Source of the DNA: Eledone cirrhosa
Taxonomy: Eukaryota
Length of the DNA: 64,000 nucleotides
Direction: 5' to 3'
Assembly (NCBI GenBank): GCA_964016885.1
Contig: OZ024740.1
Location: forward strand, 110,298,001-110,362,000
A program made the position numbers and the translations under genes. Position 1 is the stretch's first letter. Each line of letters begins with the position of its first letter. Of the stretch, positions 1 to 13,700 are shown one piece after another. The notes below the pieces were generated by a model. That model had not been told where the DNA came from. It ran no database searches and worked only from the letters and a program-made list of their open reading frames with translations.

Positions 1-204
1 CGTCCGACCCTCTACCGACACTGCCAATCCACCAATAATAATTAATTATAAGATTACTGTAAGTGGATTGTGCCAACAGTGTGAAAGACAGCACTGATCT
101 GATCAACAGCTGCCTACAAATGATAGAAAGTTAATTCTTTCTTAAGAGACACAAGATCGGTCGGACTGTTCTTTTCGCAATATGATTTAGACATGAAGAA
201 TCTA

Positions 205-295
205 TGTTCCAGAGTACTCGATACCTGGGATAGTAGAATGTGGTTATATCATAAAGGACCCCGACGGCTGAACTCTTGCTGTTTCAAGAGTTAGG
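205..295 (-). mobile_element. Fragment of the 28135/43711 family
   Basis: CCAGAGTACTCGATAC...GACCCCGACGGCTGA matches the reverse complement of 28320-28400. It ends in a small fold-back, AACTCTTG/CAAGAGTT. Confidence 0.6.
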
Positions 296-300
296 AACTT

Positions 301-838
301 ATCAGCCTGATACTTAGCCTGATACTTATCTTTCGATCACCTTGCTTAAATCAGCCATTCGATGTGGCAACAATATCCCCCCACCACCCTATATGTCTAT
401 TTCTCTATATATTTCTCTCTCTGTTTCTATCCTACCCCCCCCCCCCCCCCTCTCTCTCCCCTCTCTCTCTCTCGCTCTCTTTCTCTCTCTCTACACACAC
501 ACACATATATATATATATATAATATTTATTTATGTTCATACATGGAACTAAAGCGCTACATACGGTTTCAGAGCCAAATTTTGACCATTTACCCAGATTG
601 TAAGAGTGATCAAATTTGTGACACACCAATATTCACGCATACATAATACAATCATGTATGCTTGCCTGAGCGCGTGTATGTGTGTGAGTGTAAGCGTGTG
701 TGTGAAAGTGTGTGTGCGTATGTACATATATACACACGTGTGTGTGCACGATTTGTTATATACAGTTGTGCAAATATTGTAAAAGCAACGTTTCACACTC
801 ACACATACATACATATACACTACACACACACACGCACG

Positions 839-880
<42 letters not shown>

Positions 881-1505
881 CACTACATATATATTCTTAC
901 GTTCTCATGTATGTACATTGATAGTGACAGAAACATTTACACACACATGCACACATGCTCACATACACACATAGATACACACAAGCGCTCATGCACGCCC
1001 AGATGCATTCGTAAAAATGTGTTTGTATGAATGTGTTTTTTGTTTATATCTCTCTCTATATATATTATATGAAGGTTACTTAGTAGTGTATAGATGTGGG
1101 CAGATGCCGAAGTGTATTCATTCCTTTTCCACGGACATCTGTTCAGTCCCCTCACTTTATCTAACCGACCCTACATATATCGTCCACCCTTTAACCATTT
1201 ATCATTTATTATCTATCAATATCCGACGCCCTATCCAATCAAACATTTATATTACAGGCTCCTTGTACAATTTGAGTCGAACGGCGGCCCGAAAGCAAAT
1301 CAAGGGAGATAATCTTTTGTATGCTTTCGGTCGTCTGCTTTCTCCAAAACTGTAACATCAGCCTGATACTTATCTTTCGATCATCTTGCTTAAATCAGCC
1401 ATTCAATGTTGCAACAATCTTCCCCAATCCTCTGTCTCTATTTCTCTCTCTATTTCTATTTCTCTCTGTGTTTCTATCCTGTCACCACCCCCTCTCTCTC
1501 TCCCG

Positions 1506-1510
<5 letters not shown>
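301..1510 (+). repeat. Dispersed direct repeat (~190 bp): 301-500 and 1357-1510
   Basis: ATCAGCCTGATACTTATCTTTCGATCA.CTTGCTTAAATCAGCCATTC occurs at both sites. Confidence 0.75.
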
Positions 1511-1584
<74 letters not shown>

Positions 1585-3016
1585 CTCCCTCTTTACATCA
1601 TTTCATCTTTCTCTATATCTGCTCTCTCTCCCCCTCTCTCTATTTTCTCTCTATCTCTACCCATGGTTGTTTCTAGTTTTATCAAGCAATCTCTGTGTAT
1701 CACACCCTGTCCCGATATTTCTTCATGTAACTGGGAAATGTTTGTTGAGTTTGACAACTCATTGCTGACGTTAATCAGCAGTAAGTATGCTTACGTGTGT
1801 GAGTTTATGTGAGTGTATGTGTGCCTGTTTATTACGTGTATGTGTGTGTATTATGTGTGCGCGTGTTTATGTACGTGTCTGTGTGTGCATGAATGTGTTG
1901 TCTATGTGTTTGTGTATTATTCTGTGACTCTGTGTAAGGATGTATGGAGATGTTTGAGGATATTTGCAGATGTAACTGTCGGCAAGTGAACAGCCAATCA
2001 GATGTGTGTAAATATAGACAGGAGCAGTGTTTGATAGTTGAAACAGCAGAAGGCCTTCTATAATTGACTATAATTGGGTTGGTATCTCAACGTTCTGATC
2101 AATAAAACCAATAACGATAATATATAAGTGTAAAATGGTCAAATGAATATAGTAAAACAAAAGGAAAGTACAATATTTTAAAGACCTTCCGTGCTTCAAT
2201 CATGACTGACCATTGGTTTGCATAAAGTGTTTTACGGAAGATCAGCAGTCGCCCATGCATACCCATCCCACATCTCCACGACACCAATATTGTTTAACCA
2301 ATCATCAAAGACTGATACAGCTTTTCACCAGTGTCATCTCGACTAATTCTTTCCAGATAAGTGGAATGGAGCAAGATAAAATAAAGTGTCCTGCTCAAGG
2401 ACACAACGCGTTCCCGGCGCAGGAATCAAAGTTACGACCTTATGATCGTGAGCCTAATACCCTAACTACTAAGCCACGCGCTTCACGTTAGTTCACTCAG
2501 TTATGTAGGAATCAGACTATCTAAAAGCTATGTACCATATTGTTCAATGCAATGAAGAGCTGGAGACAAAACTGGAAACAAACTAGTATGCTTCATTTGC
2601 TTGAGTGCTGATATGATGGCCACTGTATAGTAAATCTATTGATTAGAAAGGAAAGATCCTACTTTGGTTATGCTGGGTCATGTGTTATTCACCCATCACT
2701 AACTGACATTATCAGTGTGTCACCTGATGCATGCATGTTTCTACTCACCACGACACCGACATTGTCCTAATGAAAGACAAAGACAGATGCAGCTTGGCAC
2801 CTGTGTCATCGCAACTAATTGTTTTCCAGTTGAGTGGACTGTAGCAACGTAAAATGAAATATCTTGCTGAAGGGCTCGATGCCCTGCCTCCTCCGGGAAT
2901 GGAACTCACAACCCTTGCGATCGTGGGCCCAACACGCTAATCACTGTAGGATGAATATGTAATGTTAATAATAAAGGACTTCTTGGCAAGGTACCAGGAA
3001 ATCAGGCTGAAATTTG

Positions 3017-3090
<74 letters not shown>

Positions 3091-4486
3091 TTGCAGGCTG
3101 TACGACTTACAAATGTATCCATTGTTTTCTTGATGGTCGTATAGGGGTTGGATTGACAGGAAGGATTTTATCCTAGGGGATTTAGGCATGTATTTTCAGT
3201 AAGGTAGCTTCGACCATTTGAGATTTAACTGTATTGATGATGAATGGCATACAATGCCGTTTAAAGAATAGAAGTCGAATTGCCCGATACGTTAGAGCAG
3301 AGGACAAAGTGCGCTGCGGTGTTTGTTCTGTGTGTCTACGTTCTGAGTGTTCAAATCCCTCCGACATCAATTTCTTTTCCATCAAGTGTCGGGTGAGATA
3401 TATCTTGCACTATTTGCTCCGTCTCTTAGCGTTCTGTATTCAAATTCCGCAGTAACCTACTTGAGCGTAGTTTAACACCACCAGCTGGCTGTGAAGTACT
3501 TTCGAATACGACACTGTTGTAAGAATTTGGCTCATGTCTCTGGTTTGGGAATACTTTCCTTTGTACCTACCATCAATCTTAAAGTTACTGATAAACGAAT
3601 TAATGGTGGCTGTCCTTTTCCCTGGCGAAGCGATAAAAATATGCCGTGGAAATAAACAGCACGAAATGAAACCTGGTTCACGTTCAAAATATTTCTACAT
3701 TATAGAAAGATACTAACTGGCTATTCAAGTATTTGGGTAATTTCTAATGATCCGAAGGGCAGCTTAAAGACAAATAACAATAAAAGATAGTTGAACAAAT
3801 TTAATGAACAATACGCCGACTTGATATGTGACGGATATCTAGGCCAGTTTTATAACCCGGCCTTCTTCTGTTTAAGGGTTCAACAATCTTTCTTACAGAA
3901 GAATGAGATCTGAGAATTTCGTGAGGCGAGTTTGTAAAATGGTGATGCTCATGCCTTTCTTAAGATGATAAAAAATAACATTTTCTTAACTGTGAACCAA
4001 AACCAGACGCTCCTCATATCAGAGATTACAAAACTTAGAATACAAGCCTTTCGTGGACGGGACGCCGGTACGTCACAAGATTTATCCCTCATAATCCCAG
4101 CCCACCATACAGCTGGTGATACGCATTTATCAACTGAGAGGACTAGATCAATGTACTTCAAGAATATAATGCACTGCCCCACCCGATGATCAAACCCTTC
4201 ATCTTACGATCGTTAGACCACGCACTTTCATAAACTGTTTTTTCATGTCTAGAGTCTCCTCAGGCTGAAGCTACGTAAACATGAGGCCAACCCACTGCTC
4301 TTAATAATAATAATTGCTTCCATTTATGGCACAAGGCCAGCTTTTTGAAAGGAAAGGAAAGTCGATTGAATTGACCCCAATACGTGACTGGTACTTTATT
4401 TTATCGACGTCGCAAGGCTGAATGGCAAAACTAATCTCGGTGGGATTTGAACGTAACGCCTTACCGATAATGCCACTCCACCACCC

Positions 4487-4551
<65 letters not shown>

Positions 4552-5385
4552 CAGAAACCATTATTTTTATTATTATAAAACTAATTAGTTTGAAACAGAA
4601 AGTTTAATAATCGAATTGAAAGAGCCTCCCTTCTTACCTCACCTTCGTACCTCTCCCTCACTTCCATACCACCACCACTACCGCCGCCTACATCATCATC
4701 ATCATCATCATCACCATCATCATCACCAGTTAGGCAGCCACCACACCTAACGAACCTCACATTTCTGCCCATCTGACCACGCCCCCCTACCCATCCACAC
4801 CGACGCAATCAGATTAATTAACTGATAATATGTGATATTTATTAGAAAGGAAACCGTGTGTCGGAAGCAGATGCGAATCATAGTAAAGAAAGATTGGGGC
4901 AGACGTTCGATGGATGGATGCTGACCAAAGAAAGAAGGAGGTGTAGTGATAAGAGGGAGAGGAGTAGAAGGTTAGGACATAAACGGAGGAGGAGAAGGAG
5001 GAGCAGGAGGAGGAGGAGGAGGAGAAGGAGTAGGAGGGGGAGATAGAAATGATTAGGTGTAGGAGAGGTATGTAAAAAACAAATGACTCATAATTTGTTT
5101 TAATGAGGTGGTTTTGGTTGTTGAGGTTTTCTCATGGGCTGACTGAATTATGTATGTGGACTTTTCTGTGTATATATATCTGCCTATATGTATGTATGTA
5201 AGTTTATATATATATATATAGATATATGCATATACATAGACACATACACACGTACACACATAGCCACACACATATACATAGATGCGCACGCATCCCCAAA
5301 TAGACATACACACATACACGTACAGAGGTACACACACATATAGACACACACACACATATATGTATATATATATATACATACATAG

Positions 5386-5462
<77 letters not shown>

Positions 5463-5516
5463 ATATATAAATACATATATGTATATATATATATGTACAC
5501 ACACACATACATATAA

Positions 5517-5563
<47 letters not shown>

Positions 5564-6184
5564 TTAGTTAAGCAAAACAAGACCACAAATTTCACAAGGA
5601 AGACATTATTAAAAGATTGTCAACATATTTTAGTTTGATGTAAGGAATGTAGAGAATAATAATAATAATATTAATAATAATAATGTCCGTTTACAATTGT
5701 TTCGCTACTCCATATAATATTTCTGGATCAGATGACTATATATCATAATTGATCTGATTCAGTTGAAAATAATTAACATATTTAAAAGACAGAGCGGCTC
5801 ATCGAAACTTCAAAGGAATATAAATTAAAATAATGAGAGAATGTTACATAATATAATGTTCCATATATTGGTTTTTACTATGGTGTCTTGGTTGGATCAG
5901 TTGTCAGCCATAATCAAGCAGTATTCATCTGTCGAGGCTGCATTGTGTGAGATCTGCCTATGGGTAACAAGATGGCTGCCAAAGGCCATATTTACCTTAC
6001 TAATTAGAGGGTGGTTTCAGGGGATGTAACTCCTCGAGAGATTAGAAATTGTGGTTGTTTATAGTAAAGTGCTAATTTTTAAATTTTTTTAATTGAGAGA
6101 CAATGTAGGGGAGGTAACTTATAATTATCGAGTTGTTCATAGCAATTTAACTTATTAGCTACAAGTAAAAATGGGGCTACATGA

Positions 6185-7141
6185 CTAAGTTGGGTCAAAA
6201 ATTCTATTGGCGAAGGAATTAGCCCTTCGATGTTGACAGCGAATAGTTACCTCCGTTCTATCGTTAATCGGTAGAGGTCGTGATAGAGTTATGTAATATG
6301 CTTCCGTAATACAGAGATCACAAGATTTTCTTCGTTCATTAAACGGTTGGGCCCTAGCCACGATATCCCATTTTAGTGAGTGTTGAACGTTGTTTAATTT
6401 AAGGTTTTTAATGAGCCTAGCTAGCGATGTCGAACATCTGTTGCTAGGGTCTCGGAAGGAAAAAGAGTGCGCGTTATAGCGTACCTTAAAAGGGTTAGAG
6501 GTAGACCCGATATAAGAGCAGGTAGTCGAAGCAGTCTTAACCGTGCACCTATAGACTATGTTGGGTGTCAGGCAGTATCCATGTAATGGGCATGCATTGG
6601 GGTAACGGCAATTGCAGTTGCTTCTGGTTAGTGAGAGTAGGGTTGTTTAACCTAAGCGGTAGGTCCATGCTAGAAGGATTAGATGGGGGAGGTGTGCTAG
6701 TTATTGGTGTAGTGGCGTGGTGTATTTGATAGGGGTGGTGGTACTTGGTGTGGGAGTTATACTGTCTTAGCTTATGGTGGTTACTGAACGCGATGTGGCT
6801 AGTTAGGTTAGGTTTTGTGGAGAATGAGATTTTAATGTTATTTTTATTAAAGAGTTTGTAATATCTATGTTGGGAGGGGGGGAATGTTTATATAGGATAG
6901 AGAAGAAGCGTTTGGGGATATTAGTGGCTAGATTAGATGAGAATGGGGGTTAAGCCAGGTGATATTTCTAGGTCTATTCCTTCTAGGGGTTCTAGTGGAG
7001 TTGGTAGGAGCCTTCCTAAGGTTATTATTACCTGGGGATTTGTTATTTGTCATCCCATTTCTCATTCCTATTCTAGGGTTGGTTTTTAGTTTGCTACTTG
7101 GAGTGGGGAGCAGGCCGCTGCCACCATTAAAGTTCCGCTCT
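6185..7141 (-). pseudogene. Inverted second copy of PLE linker plus GIY-YIG
   Basis: Reverse complement of 7801-8765 with substitutions and indels. Confidence 0.88.
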
Positions 7142-7284
7142 GATTTCGGCTCTGATGTTACGTAATATGTAAATCCCAACTAAATCGGTGATTTGCGCGG
7201 AGTCACTTCAGCCCATCATAATGTCAAAGTTGTCTGTTCTATCTTTTCTAGTCTAGAGTGCTCCGTTGAATTCAATGATAGTCT
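7142..7284 (-). pseudogene. Inverted PLE RT motif fragment
   Basis: Minus strand translates TIIEFNGAL*TRKDRTDNFDIMMG*SDSAQITDLVGIYILRNIRAEI, matching PLE RT FDVTMGSxDGAExCELVGLYIL. Confidence 0.85.
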
Positions 7285-8765
7285 GCCGAAATCCAACCCA
7301 TGCAAGGCGGAATATACAGGAACGACGCCCTATTTGAAGTCCACAATTGCACTAATCGGGGAATCGATTTGCTAAAGAAACAATTACATAGATTCTTTAA
7401 AAATAACGGTCTCTCTATCACCATCGAGCCGACCCATAAAGTAGTAAACTTCCTAGACGTCACCCTGGATCTCAACAATAACCTATATTACCCTTACCAT
7501 AAACCAGGTGAAATACTCACATATATTAGCCCACACTCTAACCACCCACCGGCAGTCATCAGAGCAGTAATCAAATCTATCTCCTATAGAATCTCAATTC
7601 TATCAGCAAACGAGGAGATATTTATAAACCACGCACAATATTATAATAAGGCTCTCTCTGAATCTGGTTATGAACAATCAATTTATTACATACCTAAATG
7701 CCATAACACAGCAATTCACCATAATAAACTTAACACTAGAACTAGAAATACCTTAGCATATAGCCAGATTCGCCGGAGTTTTAGCAGTAACAGCACCTAT
7801 AGAGGGAACTTTAATGGTGGCAGCGGCCTGCTCCCCATTCCAAGTAGCAAACTAAAAACCAACCCTAGAATAGGAATGAGAAATGGCATGACAAATAAAA
7901 AATCCCCAGGTAATAATAATCATAGGAAGGCCCCTACCAACTCCACTAGAACCCCTAGAAGGAATTGACCTAGAAATATCACCTGGCTTAACCCCCCATT
8001 CTCATCTAATCTAGCCACTAATATCCCCATACGCTTCTTCTCTATCCTATCTAAACCCCCCCCCCCAACCATAGATATTACAAACTCTTTAATAAAAATA
8101 ACATTAAAATCTCATTGTCCACAACACCTAACCTAGCTAGCCACATCGCGTTCAGTAACCATCATAAGCTAAGACAGTATAACTCCCACACCGCGGTACC
8201 ACCACCCCTATCAAATACACCACGCCACTACACCAATAATTACTCTAGTAGCACACCTCCCCCATCTAATCCTTCTAGCACAGACCTACCGCTTAGGTTA
8301 AACAACCCTACTCTCACTAACCACAGAAGCAACTGCAATTGCCGTTACCCCAATGCATGCCCATTAAATGGACACTGCCTGACACCCAACATAGTCTATA
8401 GGTGCACGGTTAAGACTGCTTCGACTACCTGCTCTTATATCGGGTCTATCTCTAACCCTTTTAAGGTACGCTATAACGCGCACTCTTTTTCCTTCCGAGA
8501 CCCTAGCAACAGATGTTCGACATCGCTAGCTAGGCTCATTAAAAACCTTAAATTAAACAACGTTCAACACTCACTAAAATGGGATATCGTGGCTAGGGCC
8601 CAACCGTTTAATGGACGAAGAAAATCTTGTGATCTCTGTATTACGGAAGCATATTACATAACTCTATCACGACCTCTACCGATTAACGATAGAACGGAGG
8701 TAACTATTCGCTGTCAACATCGAAGGGCTAATTCCTTCGCCAATAGAATTTTTGACCCAACTTAG
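7285..8765 (+). pseudogene. PLE RT C-terminal half plus GIY-YIG endonuclease (stop at 7966, frameshift ~8060)
   Basis: Motifs GGIYRNDAL (YRDD mutated), VNFLDVTLDL, SNHPP, ITWLNPPFS, CNCR..CPLNGHCL..IVY..YIG..FKVRY..H, CDLCITE, RCQH. This layout is typical of Naiad-clade PLEs. Confidence 0.9.
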
Positions 8766-9141
8766 TCATGTAGCCCCATTTTTACTTGTAGCTAATAAGT
8801 TAAATTGCTATGAACAACTCGATAATTATAAGTTACCTCCCCTACATTGTCTCTCAATTAAAAAAATTTAAAAATTAGCACTTTACTATAAACAACCACA
8901 ATTTCTAATCTCTCGAGGAGTTACATCCCCTGAAACCACCCTCTAATTAGTAAGGTAAATATGGCCTTTGGCAGCCATCTTGTTACCCATAGGCAGATCT
9001 CACACAATGCAGCCTCGACAGATGAATACTGCTTGATTATGGCTGACAACTGATCCAACCAAGACACCATAGTAAAAACCAATATATGGAACATTATATT
9101 ATGTAACATTCTCTCATTATTTTAATTTATATTCCTTTGAA

Positions 9142-9261
9142 GTTTCGATGAGCCGCTCTGTCTTTTAAATATGTTAATTATTTTCAACTGAATCAGATCA
9201 ATTATGATATATAGTCATCTGATCCAGAAATATTATATGGAGTAGCGAAACAATTGTAAAC
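9142..9261 (+). ncRNA. Hammerhead-like motif with variant core (UCGAUGA) and ~95 nt stem II; mirror copy at 5689-5808 (-)
   Basis: GUU-UCGAUGA-GCCGCUC...GAGUAGC-GAAAC-AAUU-GUA-AAC. The insert folds as a long hairpin (CUCUGU/AUGGAG, AAUAU/AUAUU, AUCAGAU/AUCUGAU). It lies in a PLE 3' UTR. Confidence 0.55.
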
Positions 9262-9573
9262 GGACATTATTATTATTAATATTATTATTATTATTCTCTA
9301 CATTCCTTACATCAAACTAAAATATGTTGACAATCTTTTAATAATGTCTTCCTTGTGAAATTTGTGGTCTTGATTTGCTTAACTAATGAATATTTCCAGC
9401 TCTGCGCACCTAACCTCTGCATGAATCCAGCCACCTAGCTGCTTTCTACTGCATATTGCACATTGAGCACATGCCTTTACGCTTTGGCTTCTAACTAATT
9501 GACCAATCTCTCCTCTCATATCTCCTCTCCTATCTCCATCTCTCTCTTTAAGATTGGTTACTCTTGAACTGTG

Positions 9574-9681
<108 letters not shown>

Positions 9682-9827
9682 GTGTGTGTATGTCTCTATG
9701 TGCGTATACTACTCCTGTATGGAGGACAGTCCTTCATTTAGACTATGCTCGCGTTTTTCCTTAGACTTTTGTCAGCTCGTTTTTTGCAGCTTGTTTGAAA
9801 TAATACAGTTTCTAATTTGATAATTTA

Positions 9828-9866
9828 ATCAACGTTTCGAGATTTTCACTATCTCATCATCAGGAT
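9828..9866 (-). ncRNA. Minimal type I hammerhead ribozyme
   Basis: AUC-CUGAUGA-U-GAGAU-AGUGAAA-AUCUC-GAAAC-GUU-GAU, with palindromic ACGU stem III. Confidence 0.75.
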
Positions 9867-10790
9867 GTTGATTGTTGGTATATTTTTAACGTCTCTTGTA
9901 TTGTAGGCAGACGTTATTTTTTATGTAATTCTTTCTTCGCCATTATTGTAATTGCTTTCTTACCGAAATTTGAAACTTGAAGCTTGACTCTTAAACTTAC
10001 ACGTCATTAGACACCTGTTCATGCTGCGAGTGTGTTTCTTATTTTATACTGCGGAATGTGTTTTAATCGATTCCATGATTAAAGGTTCTTTTTTGTTAGG
10101 AATATTGTAACATACGGATGTAATTTTCGTTAGAGTTTTCATACCTAAACCTGTGTTGTGGTGCACAGTATAGTGTATTTTAATTGTTCAACCTTCATGG
10201 CACCAATTGCTACAGCGGCGATACAAATACAACACGAGACGCAGATATGGTATATTTCCGATGCCATTCACGTGGTGTTATAGATTATTTAAGCTAGAGA
10301 GCTAACAACAACCTGAGGATTGAACCATGTGTCAAAACTAAACTAAACTCTTACAAAAAAAGGTGAGGTGAGGCGGGGGTGGGGGGTGGGTGACTGGTAA
10401 AGAAAGAATAGAGCAACATATGATTAATCTTGGGACAATTACTATAGAAAAATTGTTCGGTGATTCATTGTTAGCTTTACGACATCTTTGTCGAATTTTC
10501 GATCATAATGATTGGACGGTGGCGAGCATCTCAAGGATGTATTGGAAATTAGGAGAAAATGGCTGGAGGCAAAGTTTTCTAGAAGATTAAAGAGTTCCTC
10601 AACGAAGATGAAACTGAAATAAATTGGTAAATTGGATTTTCCGATGAGGTTTACTCATTCCAGTTAATTTATATATGAATTCATATTGGCCTGTGGTTTA
10701 TATGTGGACAGAGCCACCGATGACGATCTCCTCTCCGAAATAGAAGCTAAGCTAATCAAAGAAAAGCTGTGATAACCTTTATATACACGG

Positions 10791-10834
<44 letters not shown>

Positions 10835-11764
10835 GTGTGTGTGTGTGTGTGCGTGTGTGTGTGTATATATATATATATATGTGTGTGTATATATATATAG
10901 AGAGAAATATATATATGCATATATGTATGTATGCATGTATGTATGCATGTATGTATGCATGTATGTATGTATGCATGTCTGTATGAATGTATGTATATAT
11001 ATGTGTATATGTTGCGTGTATGAGTCATATCTGGATGTTCTAAATACTAACCGAAGTTATACATTTTCGCCATATAAATCGTTCCAAGATGGCTGCCTTA
11101 CTTTGATAGATGCTGGACGTACTATTATTGCAGCAACTATATTATTCTTTTCCTGCAATCAGTCATTAGACTCTGCCTTTAAGAGATTTAGTCAATCATA
11201 TCGAACCCGGTACTGATTTTTCAAGCCTGGTATTTAATTCATTGATCTCGTATTGTCGAAACGTTAAGTTGCGTGACATAAACAAACACCCCACAAACCT
11301 AAACAGATACAGGCACAGAAAGAGAGAGATGCACCCACCCACACACACACACACACACAAACATATATGCATTTTCTGGTTAATATTCAATAAATACATT
11401 GAGCATTCCATGCAGTTTCATGATCCGAAAGCGTTATACTAACAGCTGTAGGAATGTATACTAGCATTCACATAATAGATGGATTGTATTATGTAATTAT
11501 TTGCCTTTGACTCGTACTCAGAGCGAAACACTTGTTAGACGAATAAACCTAATACAGGTAAACTGTATTTTAACTATCCAATTTATATATATATACTCGA
11601 CAGGTTTTTGCAGGTTTCGCCTATCAAACTACCAAATTTTACTTATAAGGCATTGTTCAACCCTAGGCTATACTAGAAGACATTCACTCAAGGTGCGGTG
11701 CAACGGGACAGGACCCAGAACCATTGTACTTCGAGGTGATCCTACTCGCAATATAAAATAATTG

Positions 11765-11950
11765 TTTTTACTTTTGGCACAAGGCTAGCAATCATCGCGG
11801 TGCATTACTGGTACTTTATTCTATCTACCCCGCAAGGATGAAAGGAAAAGTTAACCTCGGCGGGATTTGAACTCAGAACGTAAAGGGACATAACTCTATG
11901 CTGCAAAGCACGGTGTCCAACGCTCTACCGATTCTACCAATCCACCGCCT
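11765..11950 (-). mobile_element. tRNA-derived SINE family A; other copies at 1-33, 4318-4487, 26335-26530, 30236-30415, 45860-45990, 53693-53797, 60241-60378, 63940-64000
   Basis: Head GGCGGTGGATTGG..GGTAGAGCG (A box), GTTCAAATCC (B box), and core GCCTTTCATCCTT.CGGGGTCGATAAAATAAAGTACCAG. Confidence 0.85.
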
Positions 11951-12046
11951 TGAACTCCCAATATGAAATAGTACTATTTTACATCGGCAGGAATTTAGCA
12001 AAGGACAATAGGCGATTAAATCGACACCAATACACGTCTGGTATTT

Positions 12047-12725
12047 CTTCTTCTTCTTCTTCTTCTTCTTCTTCTTCTTCTTCTTCTTCTTCTTCTTCTT
12101 CTTCTTCTTCTTCTTCTTCTTCTTCTTCTTCTTCTTCTTCTTCTTCAAGGAAGGGTCATAGCGGCGGAGTCTTCAGGCACGTCTTCCACCGAGTCCTTCA
12201 GAAGCAACCGTCTCCAGCTGATCTGACTGTATCCTCAGGCAAGGCCAGTGAAGCTCATGGATGTTATCCAAACAACTTGCTCGGGGTCTGCCCCTGGGTC
12301 TCATGTCGGCTGGTTTTGCTTGTAAAATCTGTCCAGCGACTCTTTCCAGAGACATTCTAAGCACATGCCCGTAATATCGGAGCTGTTATCTCTTAATTCG
12401 GAGAAGTAGGGGCTCTACTTGAGGTGATTCTCTGATCTCTGATCTCCAAGCTATGCACTATATCAAGTAACGTTACTCCAGAGACCCTTCGGAGGAACTC
12501 CATTTCAGCCGCTTGTAATCGCGATTGTTTTCTTTCGGTCATTATTCAAGATTCATGATCATAGGTAAGCGTTCGTACGAACACTGAACTGAAGATAGTG
12601 AGTTTGGATTTTACACTCACCTACCTTCTGATTACCAAATGCTGAAGTTGGCGCATTACTGCTCCAGCTCCTGCAATTCTTTCACTTAATTCAGCTTCCT
12701 GCCTTCCATCATCGTGAACACGGCC
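12047..12725 (-). mobile_element. RTE-clade LINE 3' fragment with (GAA)n tail
   Basis: Peptides EMEFLRRVSGVTLLD, QLRYYGHVLRM and RPRGRPR. The (TTC)n run at 12047-12146 is the tail. Confidence 0.8.
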
Positions 12726-13418
12726 GTCTGAGAGAAGCTAAAATAAAAGAAAATCCAATCTCGGTTGTATTTGAACGGGAAATGACGGAACCAAATATGC
12801 AAAGTTTCACCTTATATTGTTTCTGCTCAATCCGTGGCTTGGAAATTTTTATTAAAGATGATTTTAAAATCAACCTTAGTACTTCATTGGTACTTACTAT
12901 TTCACCGAAAAATGGGTTTTAAAGTAGAATAGAACGGAACGGGACGTAACTATATACCACACAGTATTTTTGTTCGTTGCTTTTCTAAAAATAAAAGCCA
13001 TCGAAAATTACAATTCTTTTTCTACTTATGTACATTTTTTTGGTGATAGTGCTGGTGGTGGTGGTGGTGGTAGTAGTGATGATGGTGGTGGTAGTGGTGT
13101 GGGTGGTGGTGGATGTGGTGGTAGTGGTGGTGGTAGTGGTGCTGGTAGTGGTGGTGGTAGTAGTGGTCGTGGTGGTGGTGGTGTGGAGTCGTCTCAAAAC
13201 GAAACAAACAGAAAAACAACAAATAATAAAGAATGAAAAAAATTAAAACCAAACAAACCATTGCAGTAAAGTATGGTAATGGAAAGTCATCAGAGTTAAG
13301 ACAGGAGTGACATACACCACATACACACATGCATATATATATATATATATATATGCATTCACACACACACATAGACGCATACATGCATACACATACATCT
13401 CTCTCTTGCACACACACA

Positions 13419-13453
<35 letters not shown>

Positions 13454-13630
13454 CTTACATACACACATATACCACTCCTACACATATACAGACATACACT
13501 TGCATACATATACTACTCACACACACTCACTACTCAGGCACACATATGAATACATTTCTCTCTCTTACACTCATACAAGCACACACATGTCTCTCTCTTT
13601 CTTTCTTTCTTTCTTTCTTACACACATACA

Positions 13631-13700
<70 letters not shown>

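Larger units (their letters stand above)
5561..9573 (+). mobile_element. Penelope-like retroelement (Naiad-type), 5'-truncated, with ~1.58 kb inverted duplication, between (TA)n tracts
   Basis: 5561-7141 is the reverse complement of 7801-9393. The interior encodes PLE RT palm/thumb and GIY-YIG motifs. The 3' UTR runs to (TA)n at ~9574, and (TA)n also abuts 5560. Confidence 0.92.

Noticed and set aside
3534-4189. Faint resemblance to an integrase zinc-binding (Ginger-like) region (AHHTAGDTH)
   Set aside because: Too few conserved residues and no DDE core. A profile HMM search would be needed.
5841-6029. Identical 62-aa ORF at 5841 (+) and 8921 (-)
   Set aside because: Antisense to the PLE 3' UTR. 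The identity simply reflects the inverted duplication.
7142-7968. In-frame TGA codons as possible selenocysteine (reported in some Naiad PLEs)
   Set aside because: The TGA at 7966 is AGA in the inverted copy. The RT fragment also has a TAG at a Trp position. All GIY-YIG cysteines are normal, and I could not support a SECIS. Ordinary decay is more likely.
11500-11595. GAAACACTTGTT followed by a (TA)n tail, a possible HHR remnant
   Set aside because: No recognisable CUGANGA core or stem II.
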